DNA of 64,000 bases from Chloroflexota bacterium (GTDB lineage: Bacteria; Chloroflexota; Dehalococcoidia; JACPEP01). Below the pieces are notes generated by a model, which was given only the letters and a program-made list of their open reading frames with translations, did no database searches and was not told the DNA's origin. Location of the stretch: positions 38,148-102,147 of the forward strand of contig JACPEP010000014.1 in NCBI GenBank assembly GCA_016183425.1, given 5' to 3'. Of this stretch, positions 34,957-43,193 are shown in pieces; position 1 is the stretch's first letter; each line of letters starts with the position of its first letter. A program made the position numbers and the translations under genes.

Positions 34957-37523
34957 TCCCCCTTTTGCTCTGGAGGCGCCAACTGTAGAGCTTTGAGTCC
35001 GTGGCTGATCGCCTGGTCAGCTAACCCTGCCTCTCCATAAAGAAGGGCGAGGATGCTGTGGCCTTCGTAATCCTCAGGAGCCAAGTCTACCACCTTCTGC
35101 GCCTCTACCAGGGCCAAAGAAAGCTGGCCCTGACGGTATAGGACTAGGCTTAAGGAGCGCTGGGCTGACACCAGCCCGGGGGCGTAGCGCAGCGCCCCAC
35201 GATACATTGCCTCACTCTGGTCCAGGTTCCCCCAGGCGAAGTATATATCCCCCAAATAGCTATAGGCCAGGGGATATTCCGGGTCCAGCTTTAGAGCCTG
35301 CTTATATTTCGTCATAGCCTCGTTAAGGTTGCCCTGGATATGGTACACTAACCCCCACTCGATGTACAAGTAGGCTGTATTGGGGCTTAGGCGCACTGCA
35401 TCTTGAAAGTAGCGGGATGCGGTCTCTAGGTACGCCACCTTCCTCTCTGGATCGGCGGTTTCTGTGGCCCAGGTGCGGTACAGCCGACCCAGGTTGTCCG
35501 GATGGTCTGCCTCCAAGGGGGAGAGCCGCCAAGCTTCCCTTAGGGCCGCGGCGGCGGCCTCAAAGGCGCCGCTACGATCCAGTTGGCGAAGCTCCCCTTC
35601 TTCATAAGATAGCAACTGAGACGCTTCCAGGCTCTCCGCTTCCAAACCGGCATCGGAGGTCCTGCCGGCCATCTCCGTTAAAGAGCGTCCCAAATAGAGG
35701 AGGTAGCGATCCTGGTGAGGAGCCCAACGGGCAGCCTTGATGTACATAAGGGCGCTGCCCAGGGGTCGGCCCCGGTCATAGTATACCCTTCCTAGTTGAG
35801 CATATATATCGGCCACCGACACGCTGAGAATAGGGATCAGAAACAAAAGACCCCCTACAGCGAGGGTAGCCCCTAAGAGGGGCCGCCGCCAAAAGCCCCC
35901 TCCTCGTTGCGGCCCCCGCAGGGTGGCCGCCAGAAGGAGGACACCCAGGCTCAGCCAAATGAAACTTCCCAATACCGCCAGGGGGGGACTGGAAAAGGCA
36001 GCGACGGGATGGGCCAGCGCCAGAGAGGCTACCGCCGCCAGGCTCACCAGTAGGTACAAAGGGAACAGGATTGGCCGCACCAGTCTCTCTTGGAGATCGG
36101 TCGGTTCCTTATCTTCGTGATTCCACGTGGCCATGGCGGCCACCATAGCCAGAAAAAGCCAGAAGTAGGTTTGGGTGGCAACAACGGCGATGCCGGTCAG
36201 AACCTCCACCAAGTGGGCCACCACCCCTCCCAACAGCCCCGCGATGAGGAGCCTTTGGGGCACCGGGCTCTGGACAAAGGCTCGCCACGCCTGCCGGAAA
36301 AAGACCGCTAGGAGGGCAATGTAGATGACCAGTCCCACCACTCCACCGTTGACCACCATGTCCAGATAGTCGTTGTGGCTGCGGTCAGGGATAGAGCGGC
36401 GGGCTTCGTAGTGGGCCAGGTCTGGGGGATAGTGGAGAGGAAAAGTCAGGTCCAAGGTCTCGGGCCCGTAGCCGAGAAAAAGGTAACGGGGGCTGGCGGT
36501 TATGAGCCCCATCACGCCGCGGCCCACGCTGTCTCCGAACCAGATAAGGAGCCGCACCCGATTCGTCTCCACCTCAGGATCCAAGAGGCTGCCGACACGC
36601 TCCAGGTAGGGGCTAGACCCCTTAATATTCTCAAAGGGACCGTGAGGAAGGTTCAGGAGAAGGATGAAAATACTCATCGCCCCCAGGGCAGCCAAGAAGG
36701 AGAGGGAGGCGATTCGCCATCGCCTCCTCGATTTCGGGGTGGTTTTCAGGAACAGCAGTCCCATGACAAAGCCGGCTGCCAGCAGCCCCAGCCATGGCCC
36801 TCGGCTTTGGGTAAAGATGATAGCGGCCAGTTGCGTGACCAAAGCAACGGTGAGGGCGAGGCAGACCCAGATGAGGCTCCAGGAGAATCCTTTACGCATC
36901 TGGTCGCCCTTCGCCACCAGTTGCGCCAGGGTCAGGGGGGAGGTGATGACAAGAAAGGCAGCCATGAAAATGGGGTTGCCCATGGTGCTGGTCACCCTGT
37001 CGGTGGCGGCGACGCTCCACGGTATGAAGTCCCATCCCAGGTGCTGGGCCAGACCATAGGCAGAAACGAGCCCGCCTGCCAGGATGAGGGCAGCGACCAG
37101 GCGCTGAAGCTGGGCCTTCCGTTGCAAGAAGTGAGCGACCACGAGGAAGATAATCATGTAGGCCGAAGTAGTCACCAACCCTTGCAGGCGCACGTAGGAG
37201 CCCCAGAAGCTGACCCACGGTGAAACCGAGGTCAGGGTGGCAATCCCCTGCCAGACAAGGAAGAGGATGGCCAGGAAGGAGAGGGGGTTGGCCCGAAGCC
37301 ACCGCAGAGGGGAGGCCACCAAAGCCCGACCAGTCCCGGTTTCTACTCGCCACACCACCCAGGCCACCCCTATTATCAACGCCAGGCTGCGCAGGAGAGT
37401 GGCCTTGTCGGGTTCAAAGACTTGGTGGCCGTAGAAATTGAAAAAGAGGGGAACGAGAAAGGCTGCCACCAGCCATCCTACCTCTAAGACTCGGAGGCTG
37501 AAGAGGCTAAGCCGGGTGGTCAC
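34914..37523 (-). CDS. O-antigen-ligase-like (Wzy_C) polytopic membrane protein fused to a C-terminal TPR domain
   Basis: About 12 TM helices with a large loop. The C-terminal approximately 280 aa contain five or more TPR-like repeats (for example AYLYIEWGLVYHIQGNLNEAMTKYKQALKLDPEY). Confidence 0.65.
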   Translation of the reverse strand: MTTRLSLFSLRVLEVGWLVAAFLVPLFFNFYGHQVFEPDKATLLRSLALIIGVAWVVWRVETGTGRALVASPLRWLRANPLSFLAILFLVWQGIATLTSVSPWVSFWGSYVRLQGLVTTSAYMIIFLVVAHFLQRKAQLQRLVAALILAGGLVSAYGLAQHLGWDFIPWSVAATDRVTSTMGNPIFMAAFLVITSPLTLAQLVAKGDQMRKGFSWSLIWVCLALTVALVTQLAAIIFTQSRGPWLGLLAAGFVMGLLFLKTTPKSRRRWRIASLSFLAALGAMSIFILLLNLPHGPFENIKGSSPYLERVGSLLDPEVETNRVRLLIWFGDSVGRGVMGLITASPRYLFLGYGPETLDLTFPLHYPPDLAHYEARRSIPDRSHNDYLDMVVNGGVVGLVIYIALLAVFFRQAWRAFVQSPVPQRLLIAGLLGGVVAHLVEVLTGIAVVATQTYFWLFLAMVAAMATWNHEDKEPTDLQERLVRPILFPLYLLVSLAAVASLALAHPVAAFSSPPLAVLGSFIWLSLGVLLLAATLRGPQRGGGFWRRPLLGATLAVGGLLFLIPILSVSVADIYAQLGRVYYDRGRPLGSALMYIKAARWAPHQDRYLLYLGRSLTEMAGRTSDAGLEAESLEASQLLSYEEGELRQLDRSGAFEAAAAALREAWRLSPLEADHPDNLGRLYRTWATETADPERKVAYLETASRYFQDAVRLSPNTAYLYIEWGLVYHIQGNLNEAMTKYKQALKLDPEYPLAYSYLGDIYFAWGNLDQSEAMYRGALRYAPGLVSAQRSLSLVLYRQGQLSLALVEAQKVVDLAPEDYEGHSILALLYGEAGLADQAISHGLKALQLAPPEQKGEWQIFLGQLQGRTP

Positions 37524-37525
37524 TT

Positions 37526-38473
37526 TTACGGCTCAAGCCAGCGGGCTGTCTTGAGCAGCCCCTCCTCAAGGGGGACGCGAGCTTCAAAGCCAAGAAGGCG
37601 ACGCGCCCGGGAGACGTCGGGAACGCGTCGGGGGACGTCCTCGAAGGGGCGGTGGTGGGAGTAAGGGACAAAGGAGATAGGGGATGCGGAACGGGTGACG
37701 CGGATGACCGTCTGTGCCAACTCCAAGATGGTAGTCTCCCGGTCTGAGCCGATGTTGAATATCTTGCCCTCCCCCTCCGGCGTAGTAGCCGCCAATAGGG
37801 TACCCCGAAGGGTATCTTCGATGTAGGTGAAGGAGCGGCTCTGACTTCCATCGCCATGGACAGTGATGGGTTGATTATCAAGGGCTTGCCTCAAAAAGCG
37901 AGGCACCACGTAGCTTTCAGGGTCCATTCGTGGGCCGTAGCTGTTGAAGTAGCGGACCACCGCTATGAGCAGACCCTGGGCGGCGTAGGCCAGAGCCAGG
38001 TGTTCATCCACCGCCTTGGCGGCGCTGTAGCTCCATCGGGAAACGGTGACCGGCCCCAGAATGCGGTCGTCCTCCTCCCTGAAGGGCACCGCAGTTGATT
38101 TGCCGTAGACCTCGGAGCTGGAGGCCAAAAGCACCTTACATCCCAGGCGGCGGGCCTCCTCAAATACCAGGTGGGTCCCGATAACGTTGGTAGTGATGCA
38201 AGCCAGGGGGTCCTCCACCACCCGCCTCACCCCCACCACCGCCGCCATGTGGTAAACCATGGCGCAACCCCTCATAGCTTCAGCCACCCTTTTGGGGTCA
38301 GTGATGCTCCCCTCTATGAGGCGGAAACGGGGGGCGTCCTCAAGATGGACGAGGTTCTCTGGCCGCCCAGAGGAAAGGTTATCCAGGGCCACCACCTCAT
38401 GCCCCGCCTCCAGCAGCTTATCTACCAGATGGGAGCCGATGTAGCCGGCGCCGCCCGTTACCAGGATTCGCAT
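37526..38473 (-). CDS. NAD-dependent epimerase/dehydratase (UDP-sugar 4-epimerase / UXS-like SDR)
   Basis: MRILVTGGAGYIGSHLVDKL and the YxxxK active site (YSAAKAVDEHLA). Confidence 0.85.
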   Translation of the reverse strand: MRILVTGGAGYIGSHLVDKLLEAGHEVVALDNLSSGRPENLVHLEDAPRFRLIEGSITDPKRVAEAMRGCAMVYHMAAVVGVRRVVEDPLACITTNVIGTHLVFEEARRLGCKVLLASSSEVYGKSTAVPFREEDDRILGPVTVSRWSYSAAKAVDEHLALAYAAQGLLIAVVRYFNSYGPRMDPESYVVPRFLRQALDNQPITVHGDGSQSRSFTYIEDTLRGTLLAATTPEGEGKIFNIGSDRETTILELAQTVIRVTRSASPISFVPYSHHRPFEDVPRRVPDVSRARRLLGFEARVPLEEGLLKTARWLEP

Positions 38474-38559
38474 CTCTTCAAAGCCCTACTTGGAGGGTGT
38501 TTAGCATGGTTGGGAAACGCCTTCCCCCGCCCTGAAGGACATTGACACCCCAGCAGGTA

Positions 38560-38588
38560 TTGACAATTGGGGAGGGACGGCCTAAAAT
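38560..38588 (+). promoter_or_regulatory. Sigma70-like promoter for the BCR/HAD-family operon
   Basis: TTGACA (38560-38565), 17-nt spacer, TAAAAT (38583-38588). A second TTGACA lies at 38542. Confidence 0.4.
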
Positions 38589-38701
38589 TATCGCATATGG
38601 CGAAATTTTTGGACTCCGCAAAAAAAGCGACATCTATGGTTAGCATTATAGCACATTTGGCCGCCGGGGAATAGCCCGGCCGTCTCTGAAGGGAGGAAGC
38701 G

Positions 38702-39832
38702 GTGTCTCCGTTCCAGAAATTCCAGGAATGGCACCAGAATCGCCACCAGTACGCCCAGGAGTGGAAAGCCAGGACAGGGGGTAAGGTTCTGGGCTATTTC
38801 TGTACCTACGTTCCCGAGGAGATCCTGTACGCTGCCGATGTTCTCCCGGTGCGCATTTTAGGCAGCCATGAGCCCGAGGACGTTACCGAGCCCCACATCT
38901 TTGCCATGTTTTGCCCTTTTTGTCGCGACTGCCTGGCCCAAGGTCTCAAGGGGCGCTTCGATTACCTGGATGGCATCATGATCTCCCAGTCCTGCCTCCA
39001 CATCCGTCAGGCCTTCTGGAGCTGGCAGCTCCATATCCCTACATCTTTTAGCTACTACTTGCCTATGCCTCACCACGTCCAAAGCCCTCGGGCCCAGGAT
39101 TATCTTCGGGGAGAGTTGGCCCAGTTCAAAGGGGCGGTGGAGGGGTGGACGGGGCGAACGCTGACCGATGCCGACCTGGACCGGGGCATGGAAATAATGA
39201 ATACCAACCGCCGTCTCATGAAGCAGGTGTATGAGTTAAGGAAAGCGCCTAACCCACCCCTGGTGGGGGCCGATGCTATGGAAATGGTGCTCTCCAGCCA
39301 AATGACCGACAAGAGGGAGCACAACCAAGAACTGGCGGCGCTCCTGGAGAAGCTACCCCAGCAAAAGCGCGACGGCGACCCTCCGGTGCGGCTGATGATC
39401 ATCGGCAGCGAGGACGACGATGTGGCATTTATCAAGATGGCAGAATCCCTGGGGGCTGTCTTCGTGTCCGATGACCATTGCACAGGCACACGATACTTCT
39501 GGAACGAAGCCCTTCCCCAGGAGGATCGTTTGATGGCCATTGCCCAGCGCTACCTGGACCGGACGCCCTGTCCCACCAAGGACTGGCCCGAAAGGCGCCG
39601 CTTTCAGCAGATCCTTCGCCTGGCTAAGGAGTATGGCGTGCAAGGGGCGCTACTTATCCAGCAGAAGTTTTGCGACCCCCACGAAAGTGACATACCGCAA
39701 CTGGCTCGCTTGCTGAAGGAGAATGGCATCCCCAGCTACTTCTTAGAGTTTGATATGACGGTGCCCCTGGGTCCCTTCCGAACCCGGGTAGAGGCCTTCC
39801 TGGAGACACTTCGAGAAGAGGATTTGTTCTAG
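38702..39832 (+). CDS. Benzoyl-CoA reductase / 2-hydroxyacyl-CoA dehydratase family subunit (BcrC/BadD/HgdB-like)
   Basis: GTG start after GGGAGGAAG. The family-typical N-terminus reads KAR.GGKVLGYFCTYVPEEILYAADVLPVRILG. Confidence 0.7.
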   Translation: MSPFQKFQEWHQNRHQYAQEWKARTGGKVLGYFCTYVPEEILYAADVLPVRILGSHEPEDVTEPHIFAMFCPFCRDCLAQGLKGRFDYLDGIMISQSCLHIRQAFWSWQLHIPTSFSYYLPMPHHVQSPRAQDYLRGELAQFKGAVEGWTGRTLTDADLDRGMEIMNTNRRLMKQVYELRKAPNPPLVGADAMEMVLSSQMTDKREHNQELAALLEKLPQQKRDGDPPVRLMIIGSEDDDVAFIKMAESLGAVFVSDDHCTGTRYFWNEALPQEDRLMAIAQRYLDRTPCPTKDWPERRRFQQILRLAKEYGVQGALLIQQKFCDPHESDIPQLARLLKENGIPSYFLEFDMTVPLGPFRTRVEAFLETLREEDLF

Positions 39833-39859
39833 ACCCCACAGCACTTTGGGAGGTGTGTA

Positions 39860-41179
39860 ATGGCGGAAACAACGGATGTCATGCGCTGGCAGACAAAACC
39901 CCTGGAGTGTTGGCGATTAGCCAAGGAGATAAGGGAGCAATACTATCGGAACTATGCCCAGGCCAGGGAGAAGGGGGGTCTGCGGTGGGTGGGTGGAGCC
40001 TGGTCTTTCGGCGCCATTCCCTGCGGCCTGGGAGATGACGTCTACGGCCTGACCAGTGAGCCCTACGGGGCTACCATCGCCTTTAACAAAGACCTGGCCC
40101 TGGAGTGTCAGGAGGCGGCGGAGAAGTATGGCTTCGCCCGGGACCTGTGCTCCTATATGAGAAACTATTGGGGCTCGGTGCTTCTGAACAAGTATGCCTG
40201 GGGGGGGCCTTTCCCCAAGCCGGATTTCGTCTGGCAGGACCATATCTGCTGCAGCCACGCCAAATGGTACCAGGTGGTCAGCGAGCTGGAGGGGGGCATT
40301 CCCTACTTCTGTATCGATGTGGCTGTAGGCCCCTACCATGAGCGCACGGACAGCCGGGTGGAATACATGGTGGGCCAGATGCACGACGGCATCCAGTGGC
40401 TGGAGAAGATCACCGGTCGCCGATACGACGACGAGAAGCTCATAGAGGCAGTAAAGAACGAGATCCGGTGCACCTCCCTGTGGGCCGAGATCTGCACCCT
40501 GAACAAGGCTGTCCCCGCCCCTCTGGACGAGAAATCCATGTACTCCCTCTATGTACACCTGGTTTTGAATCGCTACACGCCGGAGGTGGTCTCCTTTTAC
40601 CAAACCCTGCGGGACGAGGTTAAGGACAGGGTGGCCAATCAGATCGCCGCCTGCCCCACGGAGCGCTGCCGACTGATGACGGATACCCAACCGCCATGGG
40701 CCTTTTTGAAGATCTTCCGGTATATGGAAAGCTATGGGGCAGTCTCCATCGGCTCTCTCTATACCTATGGCCTCATGGGAATCTACGACGACCAGCCCGA
40801 TGGGAGCTGGGGGGCCAAAGTGACTCCCATGGAGCGCGGGGTAGCGATTAAAACGCGCGACCAGGCGCTTCGCGCCTATGCGGAGTGGACATTGGCTAAG
40901 CCTCTATGGCAGCATTTCTACAACCCCGCTTTGAAGAGCCGGATGATGGCCCGGTTAGCCAGGGAATGGCAAGTAAACGGCGTTCTTCTTCACTACAATC
41001 GGGGATGCGAGGGGCTGAGCATCGGCATTGCCGAGAACCGTCTCGCTCTTCTTAAGGAGGGCTTTCCCGTCATGCCCTTCGAAGGCAACATGGGAGATGA
41101 GCGAGAGTTTGACGATACGCGAGTTATGTCTCGCATCGATACCTTTATGGAGACCCTGGGGCTGAGAAAGCTCTACTAA
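39860..41179 (+). CDS. Benzoyl-CoA reductase / 2-hydroxyacyl-CoA dehydratase family subunit (BcrB/BadE/HgdA-like)
   Basis: 439 aa. The Cys-rich segment is characteristic of the catalytic partner subunit. It is paired with the preceding gene. Confidence 0.7.
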   Translation: MAETTDVMRWQTKPLECWRLAKEIREQYYRNYAQAREKGGLRWVGGAWSFGAIPCGLGDDVYGLTSEPYGATIAFNKDLALECQEAAEKYGFARDLCSYMRNYWGSVLLNKYAWGGPFPKPDFVWQDHICCSHAKWYQVVSELEGGIPYFCIDVAVGPYHERTDSRVEYMVGQMHDGIQWLEKITGRRYDDEKLIEAVKNEIRCTSLWAEICTLNKAVPAPLDEKSMYSLYVHLVLNRYTPEVVSFYQTLRDEVKDRVANQIAACPTERCRLMTDTQPPWAFLKIFRYMESYGAVSIGSLYTYGLMGIYDDQPDGSWGAKVTPMERGVAIKTRDQALRAYAEWTLAKPLWQHFYNPALKSRMMARLAREWQVNGVLLHYNRGCEGLSIGIAENRLALLKEGFPVMPFEGNMGDEREFDDTRVMSRIDTFMETLGLRKLY

Positions 41180-41189
41180 CCGAAAGGAG

Positions 41190-41966
41190 ATGGGGATGAT
41201 AACGGCGGGCATCGACATGGGTGCCAAGAACCTGAAGGTGGTCATCCTTCGGGACGGCCAGGTGATAGCCTCCAGTCTGATTAGAGTGGGATTTGACACC
41301 CAGGAGGCTCTAGATGAGGGCCTGCAGCATGCCCTGGCAGAGGTGGGCTTGAGCAAAGGGGACATTCAGAGAGTGGTGGCCACGGGGGCGGGAAGAAACT
41401 CCGTGCCCGGCGCCGACGACGCTGTAACGGAGGTTAGAGCCGATTCTGCGGGTATTACCCATATCTCGCCCACCATCAGAACCGTCATCGATGTAGGGGC
41501 AGAGGAGGGACGGGCGGTGCGGTGTAATGCCCAGGGGAAGGTGGTGGACTTCGCCATCAATGAGAAGTGCGCTGCCGGCGCCGGCGCCTTCACCGAGGCC
41601 ATGGCGCGCGCCCTGGAGGTGCCTCTGGAGGAGCTGGGAGCACTGTCCTTAAAGTCGCAGCAAACAGTGCCCATGAACGCCCAGTGCGCCGTCTTCGCCG
41701 AGTCGGAGGTGGTGTCTCTCATCCACGCTCGGACTTCCAAGGAGGACATCGCTCGGGCCGTCCACGACGCCATTGCCAGTCGCATCACCTCTATGGCCCG
41801 TCGCGTTGGGGTAGAGAAGGACGTGGCCCTGGTGGGGGGAGTGGCACGAAATAAAGGTTTTGTAGATTCTTTGCGGCGGGATCTGGATATGGACATTCTC
41901 GTTCCCCCCGATCCGGAGTTTGTGGGAGCCCTGGGGGCGGCACTAATCGCCGCCCAGGGTGCCTGA
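41190..41966 (+). CDS. BadF/BadG/BcrA/BcrD-type ATPase (CoA-enzyme activase, HgdC-like)
   Basis: ITAGIDMGAKNLKVVIL (ASKHA phosphate-1), INEKCAAGAGAF and NAQCAVFAESE (cluster Cys). Confidence 0.8.
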   Translation: MGMITAGIDMGAKNLKVVILRDGQVIASSLIRVGFDTQEALDEGLQHALAEVGLSKGDIQRVVATGAGRNSVPGADDAVTEVRADSAGITHISPTIRTVIDVGAEEGRAVRCNAQGKVVDFAINEKCAAGAGAFTEAMARALEVPLEELGALSLKSQQTVPMNAQCAVFAESEVVSLIHARTSKEDIARAVHDAIASRITSMARRVGVEKDVALVGGVARNKGFVDSLRRDLDMDILVPPDPEFVGALGAALIAAQGA

Positions 41967-41997
41967 AGAACCAGCTTAGAGACGAGGGAGGCGTAAA

Positions 41998-42870
41998 GTG
42001 GCCACAGCGGTAGAGTACTGGAGATGGACGGAGTCCCGATGGACGGCGCCCGATGTAGACTGGCGAGCAGGGAAGGTCATCACCGCCGGCGTGGATGTGG
42101 GCTCGGTGAGCACCCAGGCGGTCATCGTAGTGGATGGGAAGCTATATGCCTATAGCAGCATGAGGACCGGCTCTGACAGCCCCCAGAGTGCCCAGAAAGC
42201 CATGGACTGGGCCACGGAGGGAACGGGAATGACCATAGATAACGTCCGCTACGTGGTGGGGACTGGCTACGGGAGGGTGAACGTGCCCTTTGCTAACCGA
42301 ACTATCACGGAGATCGCCTGTCATGCTCGGGGGGCCAACTTTATCTACGGGCCCTCGGTGCGGACAGTTCTGGACATGGGCGGCCAGGACTGCAAGGCCA
42401 TCCGCTGCGATGAGAAGGGAAAGGTAAGCTCTTTTCTTATGAACGACAAGTGCGCTGCTGGCACCGGGCGGGGGATGGAGGTCTTCGCCGACCTGCTGGC
42501 GGTTCCCATCGAGGATGTGGGGTCTCTGTCGCTATCGGTGGCAGAGGAGCCGCCTCCCGTAAGCAGTACCTGCGTCGTCTTCGCCAAGACAGAGGCCACC
42601 GGCCTGCTGCGAGCGGGGTGGCCCAAAAATCGGGTGGTGGCTGCCTACTGCTCCGCCATGGCGCACCGGGTGGTGACCCTCCTGGAGCGCATCGGGGTGG
42701 AGGCGGAGTTTGCCATCACGGGAGGGATCTCCAAAAACGTGGGCATTGTGCGGCGAATAGAAAAGGAGCTGGGGGTTAAGGCTTTGGAGCCGGGCCTGGA
42801 TGCCCAACTGGCGGGGGGACTAGGGGCAGCTCTCTTTGCCTACGCCCTGGCGGCCAGGGCCGCTTCTTAG
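41998..42870 (+). CDS. BadF/BadG/BcrA/BcrD-type ATPase, second copy
   Basis: ITAGVDVGSVSTQAVIV, NDKCAAGTGRGM and SSTCVVFAKTE. GTG start. Confidence 0.8.
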   Translation: MATAVEYWRWTESRWTAPDVDWRAGKVITAGVDVGSVSTQAVIVVDGKLYAYSSMRTGSDSPQSAQKAMDWATEGTGMTIDNVRYVVGTGYGRVNVPFANRTITEIACHARGANFIYGPSVRTVLDMGGQDCKAIRCDEKGKVSSFLMNDKCAAGTGRGMEVFADLLAVPIEDVGSLSLSVAEEPPPVSSTCVVFAKTEATGLLRAGWPKNRVVAAYCSAMAHRVVTLLERIGVEAEFAITGGISKNVGIVRRIEKELGVKALEPGLDAQLAGGLGAALFAYALAARAAS

Positions 42871-42881
42871 GGGGGGGCTCC

Positions 42882-43169
42882 ATGTTGGCCAACTACGGCT
42901 ATCAGGATGGCTCTGGGAGCTATTTCATAACCATCGATACTGATAAGTGCGATGGCTGCGGCCGATGCGTCACCGCCTGCCCTTATGGGGTTATGGTGGT
43001 AGGGCCCGACGAGGCCGATCCCCTGCGTGACCTTCCCGTGGCCACCGTGGCTGATGAGCATCGCCGAAAGATAAAGTATAGCTGCGGCCCCTGCAAACCA
43101 ACCAGCGGTGTAAGGGAGTTGCCATGCCTTCTGGCCTGTCCATGGGAGGCCCTCGCCCACTCCTGGTAG
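42882..43169 (+). CDS. 2x[4Fe-4S] ferredoxin
   Basis: CDGCGRCVTACP and CGPCK...CLLACP. Confidence 0.7.
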   Translation: MLANYGYQDGSGSYFITIDTDKCDGCGRCVTACPYGVMVVGPDEADPLRDLPVATVADEHRRKIKYSCGPCKPTSGVRELPCLLACPWEALAHSW

Positions 43170-43193
43170 TCCTCAGTAGATACCTGAGCTATC

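Noticed and set aside
36375-37223. 282-aa plus-strand ORF inside the O-antigen-ligase gene
   Set aside because: Antisense to a clearly membrane-protein-coding frame. Low-complexity Gly/Pro/Arg-rich content.
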